A stretch of DNA of 64,000 nucleotides from an uncultured Candidatus Saccharibacteria bacterium (GTDB lineage Bacteria > Patescibacteriota > Minisyncoccia > Phycocordibacterales > UBA9973): positions 64,703-128,702 of the forward strand of contig CAYVDC010000002.1 of NCBI GenBank assembly GCA_964450735.1, in the 5' to 3' direction. Both the position numbers and the translations under genes were made by a program. Below the pieces are notes generated by a model. It made no database searches. It worked only from the letters and a program-made list of their open reading frames with translations, and was not told the origin of the DNA. Shown here piece by piece: positions 36,170 through 45,100 of this stretch; the first letter of the stretch is position 1; every line of letters begins with the position of its first letter.

Positions 36170-38983
36170 TTATCTAAAGAATCCGTGTCTACTGAGCCAG
36201 TTTTGACGATCAACGTTTACCTGGGCCCAAGCGTCTTGTGATTCGATCTTGGCTCGTCCGAGGTATTCTGCAACGCTTTCACCATTTCGCATTGGAACTG
36301 ATCTTTGCATGTGTCTCAAAGTCTCATAGAGAGGTCTTGCAGGATCATTTGCATGCTGCGCAAGGTATTCTTTGTCGATGTAGCGTACGTGACGATTCAA
36401 AATTCGGTCTACTCGTTCATTATCAAGCGGCTGAAGTGTTGGATCATGAGGCTGAGGCGCGTGATGAGTTGGATCATTGTAGTATTCGTCATCCCATTCA
36501 GCATCATATGGACCTGGTTTGCCTGGAGCATTGTCTGCAACTGATTGGCTTCCATGTTCCTGGTGGTGTTTGTACCAACGCTTGGTGTGGCCTTCTGCAT
36601 CATGGGTCTTGTACCAATGTTTGCTGTGATGTTTGCCGTCATGCCAATTATCGCGAGGATCATTCGGATCAGCTGGAGGCGGAGTAGGAGCAGGAGTATC
36701 ATGTGAATGATCGATGTGGCTCTGGAACTGGTTGTGATTCAATCCGTTATTGCCCATAAATCCGTTGGCATTAGTTTTGCCAAAGTTTGGGTCTTGCGGA
36801 TCATGAGTAGTGATGCCACTTCCAAAGTTTGGATTCTGAGGAGCAGCAGGAGCTGCTGCTGGAGCTTGTTTATAGTCGACATAGCGTTCATTGGTCTCAG
36901 CACCGTACGTTGCATTTCCTTTAGCATCAGTAGTTATAAGATTGTGGTCCTCGGCTGCACCACTAGCATTTCGCAAGCTGTGCGATACAACATTTCCATG
37001 ATCATCAAAGGTAATACCCGATCCCTCGAGCATGTTCAAGCTTTTACCAGTGCTATCTATGCCGCCAAATTCTTTTGCGAGCTGAAGTGGAGTCTTATCC
37101 AAAATATGCTGGTAACCGGAAGGAATTTTGCTTGCGTCAATAAGTTTTCCGTCTGCCCCAGTGTAAGCAGCTTTAATGTTGTCCTGCACATGTTTCCAAG
37201 TCGCGATAGCTCCATGGCTGTCGTACTTTACTTCGGCGAGTGGCTTGTATATATGTGTATCAACTGGTGCTGGAGGTGGAGTCGGTGCAGCAGGAGGTGT
37301 ATTCTTTATTGGATCTGGCGCATCTGTCTTTGCAGCGTGCTTATCGTCGCCATCTCCCATAAGTTTGTGATACCATTTTGAAACAAAACCTTGGTTTTCT
37401 GGTGTGCCACCCTTTACGTTGTCATGTGAATGATTAACATCATGATTTCCAGCGCCATGTTCTGCTGCATTACTGCCGCCCAAACCAAACCATCCGTTAT
37501 GTCCCACGGCATTGAGTCCAGCACTTGTTGCGCCCATGGTTACGCCTCGGATGACAAAGTCTGCGATAAGGTGTTTGAGTCGAGCGTTCTGTTCAGCGTC
37601 CATTCTTTTTTGAACAGCTGCTTCAAGTGCTTCGAATGACTTCTGATCCATCATTCCCTCATTAAACATTCCTACCTTCTCTCTCACCATTCCTTGTACT
37701 TCCTGAGCTCCTTTTTCTTGGATTTTCTTTACTGATTTTTCTGCGCTCGTGAAAAAGTTTTTAGCGGATACGGCAAGTTGTCCAGCAGCTCCACCTGCGA
37801 TGATTCGAGCTGCCCGGGTTGCGCCATATCCAAGCACGCCAATTGTAACTCCCTTTGCCGCAACCGCCGCGAAGCCCATAGCGAGAACCGTTGAAGTAGC
37901 CATTCGAACTGGTTTCGGGATTTTTGTGTAGTATTCCGCAGCAGTCCTTCCAATGCTTCGAATGCGTTCAGGAACAATCGGTTCGATGAGATCTTTTTTT
38001 GCTTGGAGTTCAGTATAGATCATGATCTCAATCTCTGCAGGTGTTGAACCGCCTCTAATCATTTCGTTTACTTTTTCGCCGAGGAATTTCTGGTATACCT
38101 TCTCAGCATCAACATTTTTGTCGATGAGCTTTTTCCCCTCTTCCGTATCAGGTGCGAAGAATAAGCTCTCCGCTTTTGTTCTTCCAAATATTTTGCGCTC
38201 TACTTTTGCTTGCCAGCCCATCTGTTTTTCGAGGTTTCCGTATGCTTCAAAATACGCTGTCTTTGCTTCTTCAAGGTTCTGCGCTTCTACCCAGTTTCCG
38301 TTTCCTACTTGTGCAGGTGCGCCGGTGGGATTTTGTTGTGGTCCGCCATTATTTGCTGCACCCTGGGCTCCTCCAGATGTATTTTGTTGAGTTCCAGAAG
38401 TTGTCTTAGTCTTCTTTTTTGGGCCTCCTGATGTAGTTTTTTTCGAACCCTTCTTGTTGGTCGTATCTTCTGGGTCGGCTGCTCCCCCCGCTCCACCAGG
38501 AGCAGTTGCGTCAGGATCATCTACTGGTTGATCTCTCAAAGCTTCCATGTGCGCCAAATTCTCCTCGCTGTAAGGCGCCTCGTATTTTTCTCCAACACCT
38601 TTTTTTGCTTCAGGTGTAGCGGTTGCCTCATTTGATGAAGCTTCTGCATCCTCGTCTTTTTCTTCTGTTCCTTTGCCGTGCTTCTTCTCGAAATCCTCGG
38701 CTTCTTGTTGGGTTTCTGCTGCTGATTTTTGTAACTCAGCTTCTGCAGCTTCGGTTTTGGTATCAACCTTTGTTGCGATTTTTGGGTTTTTCTTTGCTTG
38801 GGCTTTTTTCTTGGTTTCCTTTCCGATCTTTTCTATATTCGCCCCAAGGGTAACTATCATATTATTGAAAGCCTCCTTTGCCTTGAATTTTACCGCTTCT
38901 TTTCTAAATCGATTAAGCTCAGGTCCGTCTTTGGCCGAAGCGATCTTTTCATTAATATTGTCTTTTGTGATTTTTTCTGACAT
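36170..38983 (-). CDS. Large membrane protein with His-rich and Pro-rich extracytoplasmic C-terminus (937 aa), unknown function
   Basis: ATG start. About 330 aa N-terminal K/E-rich region with a GGxxTSGGxKKKTKTT stretch. Two Gly/Ala-rich hydrophobic segments (..TSTVLAMGFAAVAAKGVTIGVLGYGATRAARIIAGGAAGQLAV.., ..IRGVTMGATSAGLNAVGHNGWFGLGG..). His clusters (HDVNHSHDNV, HIDHSHDTP, HHSKHWYKTHDAEGHTKRWYKHHQEHG). Confidence 0.55.
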   Translation of the reverse strand: MSEKITKDNINEKIASAKDGPELNRFRKEAVKFKAKEAFNNMIVTLGANIEKIGKETKKKAQAKKNPKIATKVDTKTEAAEAELQKSAAETQQEAEDFEKKHGKGTEEKDEDAEASSNEATATPEAKKGVGEKYEAPYSEENLAHMEALRDQPVDDPDATAPGGAGGAADPEDTTNKKGSKKTTSGGPKKKTKTTSGTQQNTSGGAQGAANNGGPQQNPTGAPAQVGNGNWVEAQNLEEAKTAYFEAYGNLEKQMGWQAKVERKIFGRTKAESLFFAPDTEEGKKLIDKNVDAEKVYQKFLGEKVNEMIRGGSTPAEIEIMIYTELQAKKDLIEPIVPERIRSIGRTAAEYYTKIPKPVRMATSTVLAMGFAAVAAKGVTIGVLGYGATRAARIIAGGAAGQLAVSAKNFFTSAEKSVKKIQEKGAQEVQGMVREKVGMFNEGMMDQKSFEALEAAVQKRMDAEQNARLKHLIADFVIRGVTMGATSAGLNAVGHNGWFGLGGSNAAEHGAGNHDVNHSHDNVKGGTPENQGFVSKWYHKLMGDGDDKHAAKTDAPDPIKNTPPAAPTPPPAPVDTHIYKPLAEVKYDSHGAIATWKHVQDNIKAAYTGADGKLIDASKIPSGYQHILDKTPLQLAKEFGGIDSTGKSLNMLEGSGITFDDHGNVVSHSLRNASGAAEDHNLITTDAKGNATYGAETNERYVDYKQAPAAAPAAPQNPNFGSGITTHDPQDPNFGKTNANGFMGNNGLNHNQFQSHIDHSHDTPAPTPPPADPNDPRDNWHDGKHHSKHWYKTHDAEGHTKRWYKHHQEHGSQSVADNAPGKPGPYDAEWDDEYYNDPTHHAPQPHDPTLQPLDNERVDRILNRHVRYIDKEYLAQHANDPARPLYETLRHMQRSVPMRNGESVAEYLGRAKIESQDAWAQVNVDRQNWLSRHGFFR

Positions 38984-39002
38984 GAAGAGGTTGGATAGTA
39001 GG

Positions 39003-39167
39003 TTAGGCTTTTAATTGTTCGTTAAGCTCCTTGATCTGTTCCTGGCGCAGCTCCTCGAGACACTCGTCCATTTCCCGTTTGTGCTTGGCTGCGATAGCTT
39101 CGAGCCGCTCTATGCCTCTTTGATAGATAGCTTCAAGGGAGTCATTGTTCGACGAGCTTTGATTCAT
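39003..39167 (-). CDS. Candidate small coiled-coil protein (54 aa) immediately upstream of the 937-aa gene
   Basis: Hand-translated ORF MNQSSSNNDSLEAIYQRGIERLEAIAAKHKREMDECLEELRQEQIKELNEQLKA. It is below the 60-aa cutoff of the supplied track, co-oriented with and ending about 19 nt before the 937-aa gene ATG. Approximate coordinates; no clear RBS. Confidence 0.25.
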   Translation of the reverse strand: MNQSSSNNDSLEAIYQRGIERLEAIAAKHKREMDECLEELRQEQIKELNEQLKA

Positions 39168-39411
39168 GCATATAAGTATATACCAAAGACCCCGTTTACG
39201 CCTAGCTGTCTATGGGTTTTCCTGGGTATTGTGATAATTATAGCCCATTTGAAACCTATTGACAAGACTATCCAAAAGTGCTATACTACAGCTAACATTC
39301 ATTGATATGTGTTTATGTGGAGAAAAGTCTGCCGACATCGTTGTGGGCCTGCTTTTCTCTCATCATAAACATTCATAAATAAATATTCACGAAAACTAAA
39401 ACCGATCTACT

Positions 39412-40071
39412 ATGACAAAGTTAACTTCCCTTTTCGCCCTACTGTTTGTACTTTTTACTGTTAACGCTTCAGCCCAAAATCCGGGCAATAGCTTGCAGTT
39501 CACAAACCAAACACCGCCGGTGGTGAACAAACCGGGTACTACCACATCCGATCCAATGCTGCAGCAAAGGTATGCACAACAAGCACAGCAGGCCATGATG
39601 GCATATATGATGGATTCAATAAGCAAAGCGCTTAGCCATGATATTGATGCCAAGGTAAATGCTAAAGTAACTGCTATTGTTGGCGCCAAGCTTAAAAAAT
39701 CCGAAGCGCAGCAAAAGAAAATAATTTCGGGTATGAGAAGTGAGCTTACCTCTACGCGCAATGATTTTGCGTATAAATTAAAACAAAACAATCAGGCTCT
39801 GGTAGATATGAACGCTTCGGTTGATGCCAAGAAAGCAGATATTGAGAAAACTCTTACCACCTTTCAGGAAACTGCTAAGGGTATAGACAAAAAACTTGAT
39901 TCTTTTAATTGGAAACTATACGGTACTTGGGGTGGAGTTGCTATTCTGTTTATAATTTTGATTTTGGCTGGATTTAAGCTGAACACCAGAATTAATTTAG
40001 CAAGCACAAAGTATGACGCTAATATGAATAAATTAGTTGCCGACTACAACGCACGTCACAACCCAAGCTAA
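39412..40071 (+). CDS. Secreted/C-terminally anchored hypothetical protein (219 aa), lone plus-strand gene inside the minus-strand block
   Basis: Signal peptide MTKLTSLFALLFVLFTVNASAQN; Q/A/K-rich helical body; C-terminal TM helix (WGGVAILFIILILAGF). The gene appears more AT-rich than its neighbours by eye. Confidence 0.55.
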   Translation: MTKLTSLFALLFVLFTVNASAQNPGNSLQFTNQTPPVVNKPGTTTSDPMLQQRYAQQAQQAMMAYMMDSISKALSHDIDAKVNAKVTAIVGAKLKKSEAQQKKIISGMRSELTSTRNDFAYKLKQNNQALVDMNASVDAKKADIEKTLTTFQETAKGIDKKLDSFNWKLYGTWGGVAILFIILILAGFKLNTRINLASTKYDANMNKLVADYNARHNPS

Positions 40072-40096
40072 TACAAACAATAATTAGATAAAATAC

Positions 40097-40128
40097 AAAG
40101 GCCAGCAATTTATTGCAGGCCTTTTTTC
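40097..40128. terminator. Bidirectional intrinsic terminator (219-aa gene versus the 1120-aa gene)
   Basis: Hairpin aaaggcc-a-gcaat / attgc-a-ggcc followed by a T6 run, with an A/T-run on the opposite strand (approximate coordinates). Confidence 0.5.
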
Positions 40129-40142
40129 TTGCACCTATTTTG

Positions 40143-43100
40143 TTATGGTCGCAACACTCGTGGGAGCTTGTCTCCAAATCTATCTTTCATAGCTTTGTTA
40201 ACCGCTTCATCAATGCGACGTTCTTCTTCTGATACGATTCTTTCTCGTCGCTCAACATCACGCACGAACTTTAGTCTGCCGATATTCTTGTCTACGAAAC
40301 CTTCGTTCGAGACATAGCTCAGGTCGCCCTCCTCAATGTGGGTTGAGAATAGCGGGTCATCTTTTCTTGGGAAATTAATTCCTCCCTCAACTCTTATGCC
40401 CGTCCCGTCAGGAGTAACCATTTCATATTTAAACACAGAACCATATTGATCAAACCCTCGTAGTTTTAGGTTTCTGAATTTGAGACTTTCAGTTTCTGAC
40501 GATGCAAGCGTGTCCTTTAATACAGTAGAGATGAATTCAGTCATCTGTTCGGCAGTCACGGCTTCTGTTTCAAGATCACCCGCCTTTTTGTTTTCAGTTG
40601 TGTTCGCTTCAGAAGCTAAAAGATTTTCTGGTGTAACGTCTTTTGGTTTCTTTACGGGAGCAACGAGATTGTTAACTTCGTCCTGATTTGTTCGATACAG
40701 TAATCCTTCTGGTGGAGTAAGCGGCTCTTCTTTTTTTATTTTTTCAGCGATCTCTTGAAGACGTTCCTTGAGGGATTTAACAGGTGCTTCTGGCTGATTG
40801 GGCTCTTCAGTATTTTCTGGACCATCATCAGCTTTCTTTCCTGGAGCTAAATTTTCAGGAAGCGGCTCGGTTACTTCTTCTACTACTTCTTCTTTCTTCT
40901 CTTCCTCTTTTACGACAGGTTCTTCTTCCACTTCAACGACTGGAGCTTCTTGTGTCGCGGCTGCTGCTGGAGCTTTTGCTTTTGCATCTTTGATGATGTC
41001 GGACAAATGATTCTTATGGAATTCTGCCCACGTAAGTTCCTTTGGCTGCTCGCCCTTTGCCCCGTTCTGCAGGTAGTACGCCATATTGTAGAGATTGAAG
41101 TGGCGAAGAGACCATTCTTTCACTTCTTCAAGCGTGTTGCCTTTTGAGCCAAGCTTTTCAGTAAGGTCGTTGTATTCAACCATTACTTCTGCGTGCTTTG
41201 CTTCAATTTCCGCTGCGGTTAGTTCAAGTTTCTTGCCGAGGAGGTCTTTCGGCTTTTCATTTGTTCCAGTTCGCATCTTGCTGCGGTCAAGAATGCTCCA
41301 GTATGCTTTTGGATTATTTTTTATCTTTTCAAGTCCGGCGAGCTTTGAGGCCCAGGCGTTTTTTTCTACAGTAAGTACTTCAATTTTCTTTTCGAGATTC
41401 TTGAGTTTATCAGGAGTGTCGAAGCTGGTGTCTTTCTTTTTCTTTTCAATTGCCGCGAGATATGCGTCAATGTTTGCATTAATACGAGTGATGTTCGTTT
41501 CAATCATGTCTCGCACCCCAGCAATCTGGTTCTCATATGTCATGAGCACTCGGCTCTGAGAGTAGAGAATATCATTGAGTTCGTATTCTACTGTTCGTTC
41601 AGCTGCTGCAAACGATGTTGGAATGCTGATACCGATGAGGTTGGCCAACTGCTGTTCGGTCAATCCAATTTTTGAATTTGGATTTTCTTTGTCAGCTTGG
41701 CTGATTGCCATTCCTCCGCGAACAGGACGAATATTTGGATCAAATGCTTTGACATCCTCTATCCATGGACGGAGCTCGTCGCCTGGCTTGGAGAAGAAGT
41801 ATGATTTTGTGTCAGGCTGGTAGCGGCCGTATGCGTCATATCCCATATTGTATGCGGCATGGCTTCCGTGCGGGATTCTCCACTGGGCTTCATTGACTGA
41901 GTTTGGCTCGTAGAAAAGAACTCTTCCAAATCTGTTTGAGTATACTTTTCTTCCCTCTGCGATTGCTTTAGCTTCGTATCGTTCGACGTTGTAAATGCTT
42001 TTCTCTACGCGATTCTTTTCATTTTTGACAAGTTCGCTGATAGCTATTTTGCCATCTGGAGATTTCTTGATGTTTGGTCGATCTGGTCGTGTATCGGCAA
42101 TTCGGATTTCCATCTGTTCATCAGTAAATGGTTCGTACGGGTTTTTTCCTGCTTTGAAAAATTCAACAATGATTTCAGTCGGCAAAACATCTCGGAGTCC
42201 GAGGATTGTTTTCGGATATTCATTGCGGAACTGCTCCTTGCCTCCGCGAGGGTAAGACATGTTGTCGAAGTCAGTGACGAACTCCATGTACTTTTGCATC
42301 CATGGTTCGATGGTTTCGAGTTTACCAGAACGGTGGAGCACGCCCATCAAGATTTCAGCTGCAGATGTTTTGATTGAACGTCCTTCGAAGTGGTGATCGA
42401 ACTCCGCACGGCCTTCGGTGATAGTGGCGATTTCTTCTGATCCTCCCACATCGATCAAGATGCCGCGCTCGAATGTGCCGCCTTTTTCTATGGCAATGAT
42501 CTCTCTTCCCTCCAAGAGTCCTAATGAATCAAGAGTGTACAGTGCTGCTTTGGAGTCAGTATCGGGATTTTTGTGCGTTACAATTGGAACTGTCTTGTCT
42601 TCGAGAAGTTTGTTGACGATCTCGAGCATCTTTGCGTCAAGGATACGATTGAGTTCCCTGTTTGTAGGGCTCTGCTGGATCAAAGATTCTCTGATCTCTG
42701 CAATAGACATCTTGCTTCGCTTCTCAGCTTCGGCAATCTTTGCTTCTTTTGTTGTCAGTGTTTTGAACTTCCAATCAGGAATCTTGTTTTTGAGGTATTG
42801 CTCGGCAGTCGCAGCGTCTTGGGAGAGCTGGTACTCTTTGGAACCAACACGTTCATTGGTGGCTTTAGCGAGCAAATCTTCGAGTTCTGCCTCAGTTTTG
42901 CCCTTGAGTTTTGCTTCGCTGTGCCCTGCTGCCTTGAGTTCAGCAATGCGAAGTTCCTTGGCAAATTCTGCCGCTGCCTGTTTGTTGATCTTTACTTTTT
43001 CGTAGGATAGTTTTTCTTCAGTCGCTTCTGCTTTCTTTTCTTCTTCTCCGATCAGCTCAAATTCTCCCTCCGCAATATCGTAATTATCAGGATTAATTTT

Positions 43101-43505
43101 TTGCTTTTTTTGTGGTGTGTGAGTAACTTTTGCTTGGTTCGCCGACGCCGCTTTTTTCTTCCTTGAAGCTTCCGCTGCTTCTTTTTCGAGTCTCTCTTTT
43201 TTGGCGAGCAGTTCCTCATGTTCCTGCTTCATTGCATCGAACATGATCTTCATTCCACGTTTTGCTCGGTCAACTCCTTTTGCGTCTTTACTGGTTTCAG
43301 AAATTTTCTTTAGGAATGTGTATGCTGCGGCCTGAGGGTCGCTTTCTTCGGCTTCCAAAAAATTCTTGTACGCTTCTGAGTTTTTTCCAAATAATTCCTC
43401 GGCAATTTTTTTGTCAGCAGTCTGCTCTTTAAACCACTTCATTACTTCCGCCGCTGCGTCGTTTTTTTGCTCAGGTCCTGTTTGGTTGGGTTTTTTTTCT
43501 GCCAT
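40143..43505 (-). CDS. Giant soluble coiled-coil protein with internal DHH-family phosphoesterase-like motifs (1120 aa)
   Basis: No TM segment; extremely K/E-rich. Residues about 300-390 read ..TVPIVTHKNPDTDSKAALYTLDSLGLL..ILIDVGG..AEFDHHFEG.., which matches DHH motifs I (HxNPDxDS), II (D) and III (DHH). No clear GGGH (DHHA1) motif was recognised afterwards. Confidence 0.6.
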   Translation of the reverse strand: MAEKKPNQTGPEQKNDAAAEVMKWFKEQTADKKIAEELFGKNSEAYKNFLEAEESDPQAAAYTFLKKISETSKDAKGVDRAKRGMKIMFDAMKQEHEELLAKKERLEKEAAEASRKKKAASANQAKVTHTPQKKQKINPDNYDIAEGEFELIGEEEKKAEATEEKLSYEKVKINKQAAAEFAKELRIAELKAAGHSEAKLKGKTEAELEDLLAKATNERVGSKEYQLSQDAATAEQYLKNKIPDWKFKTLTTKEAKIAEAEKRSKMSIAEIRESLIQQSPTNRELNRILDAKMLEIVNKLLEDKTVPIVTHKNPDTDSKAALYTLDSLGLLEGREIIAIEKGGTFERGILIDVGGSEEIATITEGRAEFDHHFEGRSIKTSAAEILMGVLHRSGKLETIEPWMQKYMEFVTDFDNMSYPRGGKEQFRNEYPKTILGLRDVLPTEIIVEFFKAGKNPYEPFTDEQMEIRIADTRPDRPNIKKSPDGKIAISELVKNEKNRVEKSIYNVERYEAKAIAEGRKVYSNRFGRVLFYEPNSVNEAQWRIPHGSHAAYNMGYDAYGRYQPDTKSYFFSKPGDELRPWIEDVKAFDPNIRPVRGGMAISQADKENPNSKIGLTEQQLANLIGISIPTSFAAAERTVEYELNDILYSQSRVLMTYENQIAGVRDMIETNITRINANIDAYLAAIEKKKKDTSFDTPDKLKNLEKKIEVLTVEKNAWASKLAGLEKIKNNPKAYWSILDRSKMRTGTNEKPKDLLGKKLELTAAEIEAKHAEVMVEYNDLTEKLGSKGNTLEEVKEWSLRHFNLYNMAYYLQNGAKGEQPKELTWAEFHKNHLSDIIKDAKAKAPAAAATQEAPVVEVEEEPVVKEEEKKEEVVEEVTEPLPENLAPGKKADDGPENTEEPNQPEAPVKSLKERLQEIAEKIKKEEPLTPPEGLLYRTNQDEVNNLVAPVKKPKDVTPENLLASEANTTENKKAGDLETEAVTAEQMTEFISTVLKDTLASSETESLKFRNLKLRGFDQYGSVFKYEMVTPDGTGIRVEGGINFPRKDDPLFSTHIEEGDLSYVSNEGFVDKNIGRLKFVRDVERRERIVSEEERRIDEAVNKAMKDRFGDKLPRVLRP

Positions 43506-43517
43506 ATAAATGTAATA

Positions 43518-45065
43518 TTATTTTACCACACGTTCGAAATGTTCAAAAATCTTGTTGCGGCGAGCGATCTTCTTTTGGAGCTCCTCAAGTTCTTTTTCTA
43601 TTTCTTCTAGTTTTCTTTCTTTCTGTTCTTCAGGCTCGTTTGATTCTTCTATAGTTTCTTTTACTTCTTCTTTTTCCTCTACTTGCTCCTTTGGTGTTTC
43701 CGGTTCACTTGAATTCTCGGTCACTTCTTTTTTAGTTTGCTCCGCAGGTGTTTCTGGAATTGCTGGAAGATTTCGTTGCTGATCACCCTCAGCTTCTTCT
43801 TTGGCTGCTGCGTTAAGCTCTGCAACATCTTCTACACCGAGGTTTGTTTCAGGAATTTCAACCGTAGGAGTTTCAGGGATTTCTTCTGTTTCCTCGATTG
43901 GTGTTTCTTCAATTGCTGGAGCTTCTTGTTCTATTGGGGTGAACATGTAAGAGTCACCTTCCTCATCTGTCATAAGTACTGAATCAGTGTATGAATCCCA
44001 TTCTTTGAGGACGATTGCATCTTGCTCGCCATTCTCACTTTTTATTGCGATCTTGTATTTTTGCTCTTTTGGCAATGAAAGGATTCCCGTGACTGTCCAC
44101 TTCTCATTGTTGATATCAGTGTATGACTGTCCTCTTTCTAGTTTGAAAGCCGCATCTCCTGTGGTAAGCGTAAGAGAACTGATAGTGTATCGCTCTGGAG
44201 ATTGGTCAACGAGGTTTGCGGATTCAGGATCCATCACTCCGCTCACACTTCGAATAAGTGTCATGCGGTCGCCAAGGGTTCGCAAAACTTCTGAATTATT
44301 TTTATTTTCCCAGTCGCGGATATATACACGCTCATGTTCACCAAAAGCGTTTTCTACTTCAACAACAACCGAGCCATTATGCTCATCGATCTTGCCGATT
44401 TTCCACGGAGTATTTTTGCCATCCAGGAATGTTTGTCCGACATCGATGCTGATGATTCCATGAGAATGTTCAAGATCAATTCCTTCATGTGTTGCATGAG
44501 CAGGAACTGACAACCATAATCCGATTTCCTTTTTTCCGTATATGACTGTGATATGGCCTTCTTCCGAAGATGTAATTTTACATCCAGTAAGATATTTCCC
44601 TTGTTCGTCTACGACGTCGATTGTTCGAGGACCGTTATTGATCTTCTTGACCATAATCGGTTCATCTTTCTCGTTATAGAGTATGGTACCGATTTTTATA
44701 CCTAAATCTTGGATAGTCCCCATCTTCTCTTCTTGTTGTGGAGATTTGGTTTTAGGAACGAATGGAACTTTTTCATCGCTAATGTCTGTCGGTATATTCA
44801 TGAGCTTGTCTAGATCAGCTGAAAGCTTTTTGATTACCGCCTCGGTTGTATAGTCCTTGTATTGATACAAGAGGGATTCGATCTTTGCAGTATTTTTCTG
44901 CTTAACAAGTTTAGTAAGATCTCCTAGTAAGACAGTGTTAAATAATTCGGCTGTATTTTTGTTCTGAATAGACGAAATAGCTTTTCCAACTTCCAGGGAA
45001 ACATCTATGTCTTTTTTGGTTTCTACCGTATCGTTTTTTTGAACGATTGGGGTTTTTTCTGGCAT
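43518..45065 (-). CDS. Acidic hypothetical protein (515 aa)
   Basis: ATG start; no TM segment. The C-terminal 150 aa are E/P/T-rich (..EETPIEETEEIPETPTVEIPET..) ending in a K/E coiled coil. Co-oriented 12 nt upstream of the 1120-aa gene. Confidence 0.55.
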   Translation of the reverse strand: MPEKTPIVQKNDTVETKKDIDVSLEVGKAISSIQNKNTAELFNTVLLGDLTKLVKQKNTAKIESLLYQYKDYTTEAVIKKLSADLDKLMNIPTDISDEKVPFVPKTKSPQQEEKMGTIQDLGIKIGTILYNEKDEPIMVKKINNGPRTIDVVDEQGKYLTGCKITSSEEGHITVIYGKKEIGLWLSVPAHATHEGIDLEHSHGIISIDVGQTFLDGKNTPWKIGKIDEHNGSVVVEVENAFGEHERVYIRDWENKNNSEVLRTLGDRMTLIRSVSGVMDPESANLVDQSPERYTISSLTLTTGDAAFKLERGQSYTDINNEKWTVTGILSLPKEQKYKIAIKSENGEQDAIVLKEWDSYTDSVLMTDEEGDSYMFTPIEQEAPAIEETPIEETEEIPETPTVEIPETNLGVEDVAELNAAAKEEAEGDQQRNLPAIPETPAEQTKKEVTENSSEPETPKEQVEEKEEVKETIEESNEPEEQKERKLEEIEKELEELQKKIARRNKIFEHFERVVK

Positions 45066-45100
45066 ATGTTAATTATACAATATGTATATAAAAAGTCAAA

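Noticed and set aside
39015-39305. Plus-strand 96-aa ORF in the 937-aa/219-aa intergenic region
   Set aside because: Hydrophobic, Cys/Phe-rich translation without signal or TM logic. It overlaps a better-behaved co-oriented minus-strand small ORF and the likely promoter region, so it is probably spurious.
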